In this document: positions 1-10,229 of the stretch, in pieces
How the letters are laid out: each line of letters begins with the position of its first letter
Position numbering within the stretch: position 1 is the first letter of the stretch
DNA from: Tubiluchus corallicola
Lineage: Eukaryota; Animalia; Priapulida
DNA: 12,611 nucleotides
Assembly: GCA_030141605.1 (NCBI GenBank)
Contig: JAQGDQ010002155.1
Span: forward strand, 1-12,611
Direction: 5' to 3'
Notes under the pieces: model-generated
Databases searched by the model: none
Told to the model about the DNA's origin: nothing
What the model saw: the letters and a program-made list of their open reading frames with translations, nothing else
Position numbers and translations under genes: made by a program

Positions 1-2
1 AG

Positions 3-33
<31 letters not shown>
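1..33. repeat. (GA)n microsatellite, truncated by the window edge
   Basis: Direct reading: AGAGAGGAGAGAGAG... Confidence 0.95.
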
Positions 34-75
34 GAGGCAGTATGTTCGCATAAAGCAAAAAAATGTTACCTCGGC

Positions 76-143
76 GTGAGGCCCCCCTGGAGGGTGAGGC
101 CCTAGGCGGTTGCCTAGTTTGCCTATGCTTAAGGTCGGCCCTA
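76..143. mobile_element. Terminus of a probable non-autonomous hAT (Tip100-like) DNA transposon
   Basis: GC-rich island in AT-rich DNA. The reverse complement reads TAGGGCCGACCTTAAGCATAGGCAAACTAGGCAACCGCCTAGGGCCTCAC, with an AGGGCCG terminus and repeated TAGGC subterminal motifs as recalled for Tip100-type MITE ends. The partner end is not in the window. Confidence 0.5.
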
Positions 144-299
144 GTCAGACTAAGAGAAGCCTCAATTGTAGAAACAAAATGCAATAGCTTCACGATGTTC
201 CAAGCAAGATTAAATTCCCACAAATTTCTATCACGTTTTAAATTTAAGTTAATATTATTTAATTTGAAAAAATGTTCAGTAAGTTAACGTATTGCTTAC

Positions 300-425
300 G
301 CTCCATTTTTCTGGATCCCACGGGAAGAAATGTCCTGTAAATGCAGGTGGTTCAAAACCTTGTTTTATTTTTACTATGACTGTATCCTCAGCTGTGCGTC
401 CACTAGGATCGCTCTCCACGTATTC
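300..425 (-). CDS. VIL1/AVIL-like: Villin/advillin-family internal exon, second half of gelsolin repeat 6: [42 protein letters not shown]
   Basis: 126 nt, phase 0/0, acceptor ctgtttAG and donor GTaagc on the minus strand. The manual translation matches the villin G6 motif (EY..T.PSGRD..TPI..VKQG.EPP.FTG.F..WD..KWS). Confidence 0.93.
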
Positions 426-440
426 CTAAACAGGTAATAG

Positions 441-1660
<1,220 letters not shown>

Positions 1661-1730
1661 CGCAATTTTAATAACAATTCTTTCAAGGCAGTTCATTACA
1701 GTAGAGATCACGTGAACTTATTAAACTTAC

Positions 1731-1841
1731 CAAAGCCAGTTCCATAGACTCCTGCTTTTCTTTCTCTGTTGCCTGTTCACCAATCCATATTGCAACTTCA
1801 TAATACGTGTCTAACATCATAACATCGTACTCGTTTAGATC
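1731..1841 (-). CDS. VIL1/AVIL-like: Villin/advillin-family internal exon, first half of gelsolin repeat 6: DLNEYDVMMLDTYYEVAIWIGEQATEKEKQESMELAL
   Basis: 111 nt, phase 0/0, with a pyrimidine-rich tract and catctAG acceptor and a GTAAGT donor on the minus strand. Matches the gelsolin-repeat signature DL..DDV.LLD....V..WIG..A...EK. Splices in frame to 425-300. Confidence 0.93.
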
Positions 1842-1925
1842 CTAGATGAACGTACAACAATTAGAGAAAAATTAGAGGAAAGTGAGAGTAAAAACCGTCC
1901 CATCTCTTCCAAATTTGGTGATGTA

Positions 1926-2436
1926 GTGTATGTAGAGGTGTATGTTGTGTATGTAGAGGTGTATGTAGTGAATGTAGATGTGTATGTTGTGTATGTAGAG
2001 GTGTATGGTGTGTATGTAGAGGTGTATGTAGTGTATGTAGACGTGTATGTAGTTTATGTAGACGTGTATGTAGTTTATGTAGACGTGTATGTAGTGTATG
2101 TAGAGGTGTATGTTGTGTATGTAGATGCGTATGTAGTGTATGTAGAGGTGTATGTAGTGTATGTAGACGTGTATGTAGTGTATGTAGACGTGTATGTAGT
2201 TTATGTAGACGTGTATGTAGTTTATGTAGACGTGTATGTAGTTTATGTAGACGTGTATGTAGAGGTGTATGTAGTGTATGTAGAGGTGTATGTTGTGTAT
2301 GTAGAGGTGTATGTAGTGTATGTAGAGGTGTATGTTGTGTATGTAGAGGTGTATGTTGTGTATGTAGTGTATGTAGAGGTGTATGTTGTGTATGTAGAGG
2401 TGTATGTTGTGTATGTAGAGGTGTATGTAGTTTATG
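1926..2436. repeat. 21-bp minisatellite (GTGTATGTAGAG GTGTATGTW), about 24 copies, built from 12-nt and 9-nt GTGTATGTA subunits
   Basis: Direct reading. It explains the YVEVYVV 7-aa periodicity in ORF 1926..2648. Confidence 0.95.
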
Positions 2437-2640
2437 CCGTCGTCATCATCATCATCGTCGTCGTCATTATCACGATCGTTATCATCATCATTATCGCCAT
2501 CATCATCATCATCATCGTCGCCGCCGTGATCGTCATCTTCGCCGTCATCATCATCATAGTCATCATCATCCTCGTCGTTGTCGTCGTTATCATCATCATC
2601 ATCGTCATCATCATCGTGATCGTCATCGTCATCATTACGA
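2437..2640. repeat. Degenerate (CAT/CGT)n microsatellite
   Basis: Direct reading. It abuts the 21-bp minisatellite. Confidence 0.9.
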
Positions 2641-2667
2641 TTTTCTGATTTCAGTTATTAATTTTAT

Positions 2668-2790
2668 CTTTTAATTAATTTAATTTAATTTAATTTTTAT
2701 ATTTGTGTCTCTTGTCACAAAGCTGATTTTAATAATTCAGCATTGTGACCAGAGCTACAAACAACTGGGAATTATTAATAAAAGAAAGTT
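2668..2790 (-). mobile_element. Probable 3' end of a LINE/SINE (CR1/L2-like): stem-loop followed by a (TAAAT)n tail
   Basis: Hairpin at 2709-2754 (CTCTTGTCACAAAGCTGA / TCAGCATTGTGACCAGAG, 16 of 18 paired). On the minus strand it is followed by AAATTAAATTAAATTAAATT (about 2696-2672). Confidence 0.45.
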
Positions 2791-2874
2791 TATCTATGTA
2801 CCCTAATAAGCCTTCTCTTAATGTACAAAGCAGTTCAATTCATTTCACTTTATTTTCAAACACTTAGCTAGTTG

Positions 2875-3031
2875 TTACTGTGTCAATTTTTTTCTACAGG
2901 TCTGCTTAATCATTACGTATTTGACTTTTTGTAAATACATAATTAGTTCATAATTTACTGTATCAATTTCTTCACTGGCCCGTTATTCATTATCTATTTG
3001 GCTTCTGTTAACTACTTGATTAGTGCATAAT
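2875..3031 (+). repeat. Diverged two-copy tandem repeat, period about 80 bp
   Basis: TTACTGTGTCAATTT...AATTAGTTCATAAT (2875-2954) versus TTACTGTATCAATTT...GATTAGTGCATAAT (2955-3031). Confidence 0.7.
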
Positions 3032-3072
3032 AGGCTCTGCCTATATAAACTGGTTGTATGTTTGTAAATTTA

Positions 3073-3114
3073 CCACTGATGATGACAGCAGTAGAAGCCT
3101 GTCGAAACGTTTGG
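3073..3114 (+). ncRNA. Minimal type I hammerhead ribozyme motif (Penelope-like element type)
   Basis: CCA-CTGATGA-T-GACAG(cagtagaagc)CTGTC-GAAA-CG-TT-TGG: intact core, 5-bp stem II, palindromic AACGTT minimal stem III, CCA/TGG stem I. TATATAAA lies about 30 nt upstream. Confidence 0.75.
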
Positions 3115-3498
3115 CATGATTTTAAATTTTTAACAAACTTGTGCTGTTTTTAACTCTAAATATTTTAGATTTATTTTAATTCAATACACACAGTACATAA
3201 TTAGTCCTACGTACATTTACAACACACATAAAAGTTATCGACAAAAATTAAATGTAGTGATAGTGTTTACAACTAAACAAAACTCATTAACCAATATTAA
3301 TTTTAACAATTTTATTTGCATTATAAAACGACGTTAATAATAACGTAGCTTAAAAAAGTTAACCAAATTCATTCATAATAAATTTTAAAAAATTGGAAAA
3401 GTAAAAACGAATTATGTTCAAGAATTTTTAATGCCTTATATTCATGAATATTCATATGATGGCCTAATAGTTAACTAGGCCTAATTTCCAAATTGCAG

Positions 3499-3588
3499 GA
3501 ATTAGCAATTTACAACCAAGAAGAGTGGGCTTACGAAGACTTGTGCAGAAACCCACCCCCAAAAGGTGTTGACGTCACTAAAAAAGAG
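3499..3588 (+). CDS. VIL1/AVIL-like: Villin/advillin-family penultimate exon, N-terminal headpiece: ELAIYNQEEWAYEDLCRNPPPKGVDVTKKE
   Basis: 90 nt, phase 0/0, ttgcAG acceptor and GTaatt donor. P.GVD...KE is the headpiece motif. In frame with 4571-4684. Confidence 0.92.
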
Positions 3589-3727
3589 GTAATTTTTAAT
3601 CGTTTCCATTCGTTCATTTACTAATTTTAATTAGTTTTTTTTATTGTTTATCAATAGTAGAAAAACTGAAAATGCTAGCTTTCGCTTTTTCTAAGCCTTT
3701 TCCCAGTTTTATTGAGCGCATGCGCAG

Positions 3728-4094
3728 TTGCTGCAGGTCAAAGATTAAGTGTAGCACAGCAATGCATCTTAGCTACAAGGGTCAGGCGACATGCGGGTAA
3801 AGCAAAGCCGTCTGCTGCATCAGTTCAGTGCAGTAACTTATGTTGTTTTGCATGGACTTTACAAATTATACATTAGGCCTACTCTGCGCGTAAACTGATA
3901 TACTAGCAGGGTATTGCTTGGGAACAAGAAAAAATGAACTAGTTAAGGTTCTAGCTAGCTGTTAAAACTGTTACTATTACAATAGCTTGTGCTGCGAGGT
4001 GCTGTCAAGTGTTCACAAATGCGTTGTCTGGTTCACTTAACCTTTGACCTTTTCACGATTATCACCAATCGCTGGAACTGTGAAAAGGCTTATT
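3728..4094 (+). mobile_element. Dispersed repeat copy A (MITE-like, with internal inverted repeats AGGTCAAAGRTTAAGTG), inside the last villin intron
   Basis: Aligns by eye over about 350 bp to the reverse complement of 10230-10568. Internal inverted repeats at 3735-3766 and 4018-4050. Confidence 0.75.
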
Positions 4095-4329
4095 GAATTT
4101 AGATTCTTACCAAACAGTTAAAATGTTAGTCATTTAACTGCAAGATTTAGGCTGCAATGCATGCAGTCTAATGCTTGAGTTCAAGGTTCCAATCCCGGTG
4201 TAGGTTTAATGGATGTAAGTGTTGGTGGCTTTTTTCTGTGTTAAATTAACGTTATTTATTTACGAGGTTTGATGTAGTATCGTTTTCGTGACTTTATATG
4301 ACACGATTGCTTTAAACTTACCAAATTGT

Positions 4330-4579
4330 ATATTTATTTTTACATGTATAAAATATTTATACGTACATTTTTACATATGTACACTTACATAAGTTTAAGT
4401 TAAATTATGCTAAATAAAGAGACACTTTTTATATTCACATTACAGGAACACCTAATATTTATTTTTACATACATAAAATATTTATATGTACATTTTTACA
4501 TATGTACACTTACATAAGTTAAAGTAATTTTATGTTAAATAAAGAGAGGCTTTTTCTATTCACATTACAGCAATACCTA
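4330..4579 (+). repeat. 125-bp two-copy tandem duplication covering the last intron's 3' end and the first 9 nt of the terminal exon
   Basis: 4330-4454 versus 4455-4579. The copies end in TATTCACATTACAG|GAACACCTA and TATTCACATTACAG|CAATACCTA. Confidence 0.92.
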
Positions 4580-4684
4580 AGCGAAGAAGAATTCCAGCAA
4601 GTGTTTGGCTTTTCAAAGGACGAATTTAACGCCAAGCCACAGTGGAAGAGAATAGATTTAAAGAAGAAAGTTGGACTATTTTAA
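4571..4684 (+). CDS. VIL1/AVIL-like: Villin/advillin-family terminal coding exon, headpiece C-terminal subdomain (HP35): QYLSEEEFQQVFGFSKDEFNAKPQWKRIDLKKKVGLF*
   Basis: ttacAG acceptor, 37 codons plus TAA. It has the three core Phe residues, P-x-W-K and the terminal LKK..GLF, as in villin HP35 ([35 protein letters not shown]). Confidence 0.96.
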   Translation, partial: QYLSEEEFQQVFGFSKDEFNAKPQWKRIDLKKKVGLF

Positions 4685-4878
4685 ACAATCATTTATACCT
4701 GCCTGTATTAGTTTAATAGTGGCCTATCTTATGTGATATGTTTAGGTGTACAAGCTCGTTTTAAATGTTAAGTAATTTTAAAGATTTATAGAGCGTTTTT
4801 CTTATTAACTGTTTTCAAAATTCACCTTTCAGTATGTTAATGTAAATTATGATATTATAAATTAGCAACACTTGGCTT

Positions 4879-6375
4879 AGACTTGGCTTAAAACAAGAAA
4901 CATTTTTCCAACAGACATTTTTACTTTGGTTGGTGTTTAAACGTTAAGCAACACAAATGCACAGACTTGGGATACGTTTGGGAAACATTTTTCCAACAGA
5001 CATTTTTACTTTGGCTGGTGTTCAAACGTTAAGCAACACAAATGCGCAGAATTGGGATAAAACAGGAAACATTTTTCCAACAGACATTTTTACTTTGGTT
5101 GGTGTTGAAACGTTAAGCAACACAAATGCACGGAGCTGGGATAAAACAGGAAACATTTTTCCAACAGACATTTTTACTTTGGTTGGTGTTGAAACGTTAA
5201 GCAACACAAATGCACAGAATTGGGATAAAACAGGAAACATTTTTCCGACAGACATTTTTACTTTGGTTGTGTTGAAAGGTTAAGCAACACAAATGCACAG
5301 AATTGGGATAAAACAGGAAACATTTTTCCAACAGACATTTTTACTTTGGTTGGTGTTGAAACGTTAAGCAACACAAATGCACAGAATTGGGATAAAACAG
5401 GAAACATTTTTCCAACAGACATTTTTACTTTGGTTGGTGTTGAAACGTTAAGCAACACAAATGCACAGAATTGGGATAAAACAGTAAACATTTTTCCAAC
5501 AGACATTTTTACTTTGGCTGGTGTTCAAACGTTAAGCAACACAAATGCACAGAATTGGGATAAAACAGGAAACATTTTTCCGACAGACATTTTTACTTTG
5601 GTTGGTGTTGAAACGTTAAGCAACACAAATGCACAGAATTGGGATAAAACAGGAAACATTTTTCCAACAGACATTTTTACTTTGGTTGGTGTTGAAACGT
5701 TAAGCAACACAAATGCACAGAATTGGGATAAAACAGGAAACATTTTTCCGACAGACATTTTTACTTTGGCTGGTGTTGAAACGTTAAGCAACACAAATGC
5801 ACAGAATTGGGATAAAACAGGAAACATTTTTCCAACAGACATTTTTACTTTGGCTGGTGTTGAAACGTTAAGCAACACAAATGCACAGAATTGGGATAAA
5901 ACAGGAAACATTTTTCCAACAGACATTTTTACTTTGGCTGGTGTTGAAACGTTAAGCAACACAAATGCACAGTATTGGGATAAAACAGGAAACATTTTTC
6001 CAACAGACATTTTTACTTTGGTTGTGTTGAAAGGTTAAGCAACACAAATGCACAGAATTGGGATAAAACAGGAAACATTTTTCCGACAGACATTTTTACT
6101 TTGGCTGGTATTGAAACGTTAAGCAACACAAATGCACAGACTTTGCTTAAAACAGGAAACATTTTTCCAACAGACATTTTTACTTTGGCTAGTGTTGAAA
6201 CGTTAAGCAACACAAATACACAGGCTCGGCTTAAAACAAGAAACATTTTTCCAACAGACATTTTTACTTTGGCTAGTGTTGAAACGTTAAGCAACACAAA
6301 TACACAGGCTCGGCTTAAAACAAGAAACACTTTTCCAACAGACATTTTTGCTTTGGCTAGTGTTGAAATGCTAAG
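4879..6375. repeat. 84-bp tandem array, about 18 copies
   Basis: Unit TTGGGATAAAACAGGAAACATTTTTCCAACAGACATTTTTACTTTGGTTGGTGTTGAAACGTTAAGCAACACAAATGCACAGAA. It gives the 28-aa periodicity in the ORF track. Confidence 0.97.
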
Positions 6376-7341
6376 TTGCTTTAAGTAGTCTCTTCACACT
6401 GAGGCAGTTTATCGACCGTTAATTTCGGCATATGTAGCCTGCAAGGTCAAATGTTATAACTCAGAAGGATAAAACGTACTAGGAGGAATTATACTGAGGT
6501 GCTCATTCGCTTTGGCAGATTTAGAACTTGTTATTGTGAAACATTTTCAAGAAACGACCGAACAATAGAAAACATTTTAGCTAATTGGACAAATGGCAGC
6601 TCAAATCATTATTTATGGACTTCGTATGAAAACTGGGAGAGTGAAAACGGCCACTAAATGATTAACTGCTAACAAAAGTTACGTTGGTCCATCGCTAGGT
6701 GGCTCTTGTGGCGGCTGAGGACACTGCTGAGCTGTTGCGTTATGTACCGAAGGTGACCATCAAGCGTGGGATAGACTAATTTCACGTTATTAATTAAGTT
6801 TAAATTGACTTAATTTAAATTAACTATGATCCACGTCACATCAGAAACATTCATCATTTATCAATCCCAGCATGAGAAGCCATCATTGATAAAGTCACAC
6901 TAAAACTACGCTAGTTAAAAAACAATCTAGTTAGAAAATACAATGTAATTAAAACCACAATGCTCATTTAAAATTACCCTAAAATAGAATGTAAGTTAAA
7001 GCCACAGTTATCAAAATTACACTGAAGTAAAATTAGAACAGTCTTGAATTAAATTAAAGTAAAATCACATTGGTGCAAAATTATAGGCGCCAAACTACCC
7101 TAATGAATATTCCGGTTGCCTAACGCAGCTTGAAGCTAATTTGTTTGACATCTCGTCATAATGGGACTAGCCTGTTCCCAAGTTGACTAGCTGTGATCTT
7201 TGTTAATTAGCTGTTGCATGGTTTTGCACTATAGCGAAGAAGAGTAGCGATTGCCTGCGGTTTTATTGAAAACTGTCTTCATGTAACATCCATAAGTGCA
7301 ATCACTGCGACTAGGCTAAGTTTCACTGGCTTAGTAATAAA

Positions 7342-7484
7342 CTAAAATATCTTTGTTAACGTAATGCACATGTTTCGTCCTGCTCAGGGTTTCACCAGGG
7401 ATGGCAGAACAAACAAAACATAATAATTATGCACTTACATGAAAATTACACAGACTGTGCGCTGATTACAAATTAAAAAAGTTT
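7342..7484 (-). mobile_element. Inverted arm B (Penelope-like pLTR fragment) with a degenerate hammerhead at 7402-7360
   Basis: The minus strand reads CC-CTGGTGA-A-ACCCTGAGCAGGAC-GAAACATGTG and aligns to 9078-9228. Confidence 0.65.
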
Positions 7485-7489
7485 AAAAA

Positions 7490-8994
7490 ACTTACCATAA
7501 TTGTACAACATGTTCACAAGATGTTGAATATTCATTATCAGTTAAAACAATTAAAACACATCAAAATTGTACTACATTTTCACAAGATGTTGAATATTCA
7601 TTATCAGTTAAAACAGTTAAAACACATCAAAATTGTACTACATTTTCACAAGATGTTGAATATTCATTATCAGTTAAAACAGTTAAAACACTTATCAAAA
7701 TTGTACTACAGTTTCCCAAGATGTTGAACATTCATTATCAGTTAAAACAATTAAAACCCTTATCAAAATTGTACTACAGTTTCACAAGATGTTGAATATT
7801 CATTATCAGTTAAAACAATTAAAACACATCAAAATTGTACTACATTTTCACAAGATGTTGAATATTCATTATCAGTTAAAACAGTTAAAACACTTATCAA
7901 AATTGTACTACAGTTTCCCAAGATGTTGAACATTCATTATCAGTTAAAACAATTAAAACACATCAAAATTGTACAACATTTTCACAAGATGTTGAATATT
8001 CATTATCAGTTAAAACAGTTAAAACACTTATCAAAATTGTACTGCAGTTTCACAAGATGTTGAATATTCATTATCAGTTAAAACAATTAAAACACATCAA
8101 AATTGTACAACATTTTCACAAGATGTTGAATATTCATTATCAGTTAAAACAATTAAAACACTTATCAAAATTGTACAACAGTTTCACAAGATGTTGAATA
8201 TTCATTATCAGTTAAAACAATTAAAACACTTATCAAAATTGTACAACAGTTTCACAAGATGTTGAATATTCATTATCAGTTAAAACAATTAAAACACATC
8301 AAAATTGTACAACATTTTCACAAGATATTGAATATTCATTATCAGTTAAAACAATTAAAACACTTATCAAAATTGTACAACAGTTTCACAAGATGTTGAA
8401 TATTCATTATCAGTTAAAACAATTAAAACACTTATCAAAATTGTACAACAGTTTCACAAGATGTTGAATATTCATTATCAGTTAAAACAATTAAAACACA
8501 TCAAAATTGTACTGCAGTTTCACAAGATGTTGAATATTCATTATCAGTTAAAACAGTTAAAACACTTATCAAAATTGTACAACAGTTTCACAAGATGTTT
8601 AATATTCATTATCAGTTAAAACAATTAAAACACTTATCAAAATTGTACAACAGTTTCACAAGATGTTGAATATTCATTATCAGTTAAAACAATTAAAACA
8701 CTTATCAAAATTGTACTACAGTTTCACAAGATGTTGAATATTCATTATCAGTTAAAACAATTAAAACACATCAAAATTGTACTACATTTTCACAAGATGT
8801 TGAATGTTCATTATCAGTTAAATAACATCAAAATTGTACTACATTTTCACAAGATGTTGAATATTCATTATCAGTTAAAACAATTAAAACACTTATCAAA
8901 ATTGTACTACATTTTCACAAGATGTTGAATATTCATTATCAGTTAAAACAATTAACACACATCAAAATTGTAGTACATTTTCACAAAAAGTTGA
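7490..8994. repeat. 66/68-bp tandem array, about 22 copies
   Basis: Unit ATGTTGAATATTCATTATCAGTTAAAACAATTAAAACAC(TT)ATCAAAATTGTACWACAKTTTCACAAG. Units start at 7521, 7587, 7653, 7721, etc., with one shortened unit at about 8797-8853. Confidence 0.97.
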
Positions 8995-9077
8995 CTATTG
9001 GCACAGAATTAACTTAAGTAAAAATTATGCTGTGATAGCAAGCCAAAATTTGGAGATTATGTTTTGGGGAGTATTCG

Positions 9078-9228
9078 AAACTTTTTTTATCGATAATCAG
9101 TGCACAGCTTGTGTAATTTTCGTGTAACTGTGCTTAAGTGAATAATGTTATGTTTTATTTGTTCTGTGGTCCTTGATGAAGCCCTCAGCAAGATGAAACA
9201 CGTGTGGGACGTTAATAAAAATATTTAG
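9078..9228 (+). mobile_element. Inverted arm B' (Penelope-like pLTR fragment) with a degenerate hammerhead at 9169-9210
   Basis: GTCC-TTGATGA-A-GCCCTCAGCAAGAT-GAA-ACACGTGT-G-GGAC, with stem I GTCC/GGAC and palindromic stem III ACACGTGT, followed by AATAAA. Homologous to the reverse complement of 7342-7484. Confidence 0.65.
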
Positions 9229-9631
9229 ACAACGATTGTACTAGTTGCTGTGTTATCAACTATAATTTGTATAAAATAAGTGCATTCGTCTGTGTAAATG
9301 AAACGTGATGTGTCAAAACTCGATGCTGGTGCTAACTGATGAAATTTTAAATTCTAGAAGAAGTGCCACTTATACATAGTGACATGTTTAGAAAACTCTT
9401 TTTAAGTGAACCAATTCGGTGTGAACATTTAAGACAATTTTTTGCTAACTCTGCTCTGCTAGTTGTTGACGTTCTCTGCTGCTTTATGCCAGTTTTAAAT
9501 TTAGTAATTTTAACGTTTTAACTTTAGCAGCACTAAAACCCTGCTAATCCAGAATAAAACTATTAGAGTTAACCGAAAATATGCCCTAAATGCCAACACA
9601 TTTGGTGGCGTGAAACCTAGTGGTCGATATG

Positions 9632-10090
9632 TACAGTAAACTCCGCCTAACTCAAAATTTCGTCTAATTCAAGTCAAAAATTATGGTCCATTTTATCAAC
9701 ATATATGTAATTTACTTCGCCTAACTCAAAAATGCAATTTATATTCTAGAAAAATAAGTTTCGTACAACTCAGAAACAGTATCGTCTTCCAGAAAAGTTC
9801 CCGATGTCGCGCCTCCCGATTATTTTCTCCGGGATTGCAATACGTAAGACATTGGTAGCTCCACTGACATATTGTTTAACAGTGTTGTGTACGTGCCGTT
9901 TTGTCACTTAAATGTCGTGATTCACTACATAATTTGCTATTCTTTATGTAATTATCATCAAATCTCGCCGTTTATTTATAGAAATGTTGACTTTCTGCCT
10001 TCTATTTAGTTCGCCATCTGGAGGAGGGATTTAGAGTTTCTATGCTGGAAAATGGTCAACTTTGCCTAACTCAACGTTTTTCCAGTCACA
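9632..10090 (+). mobile_element. Truncated Tc1/mariner (pogo/Tigger-like) non-autonomous element
   Basis: TA|CAGTAAACTCCGCCTAACTCAAA terminus. The subterminal motif CGCCTAACTCAA or a variant occurs at about 9644, 9661, 9718, 9761 and 10063. No matching right TIR was found. Confidence 0.55.
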
Positions 10091-10229
10091 TTTCTGCTAC
10101 TTAGTACTTAATTTAATACCAAATCTATTTTTAATACTATAATGTTTATATATGTATGTGCAATTGTTCTGAGACGCTGCATACGTCAGATCACCGTTGT
10201 GTGAATACGAATCAAATAATTTCGTTAAG

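Noticed and set aside
63-287. 74-aa ORF, with a C-terminal part faintly like a LINE ORF2 end
   Set aside because: It spans a transposon terminus and AT-rich intron sequence, and the similarity is too weak to call.
407-433. Possible plus-strand microexon DRSPRIPKQ (tAG...GTaata) in phase with the headpiece exon
   Set aside because: It overlaps the clearly conserved minus-strand G6 exon and has no villin similarity, so the splice-like signals are probably chance.
4185-4196. B-box-like GGTTCCAATCCC suggesting a tRNA or tRNA-derived SINE
   Set aside because: No convincing A box or cloverleaf. At most a decayed SINE head.
4957-6388. Repeat-protein ORFs (GNIFPTDIFTLVGVETLSNTNAQNWDKT)n and their antisense ORFs
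   Set aside because: They follow from an 84-bp unit lacking stops. They are interrupted by propagated frameshifts, with no unique flanking coding sequence.
6699-6779. GC-richer stretch after ctAG reading VALVAAEDTAELLRYVPKVTIKRGID*
   Set aside because: Weak acceptor, no recognisable homology, and too short to support.
4879-8994. CRISPR-like appearance of the two regular arrays
   Set aside because: The units are head-to-tail with no unique spacers, there are no cas genes, and the context is spliceosomal and eukaryotic.
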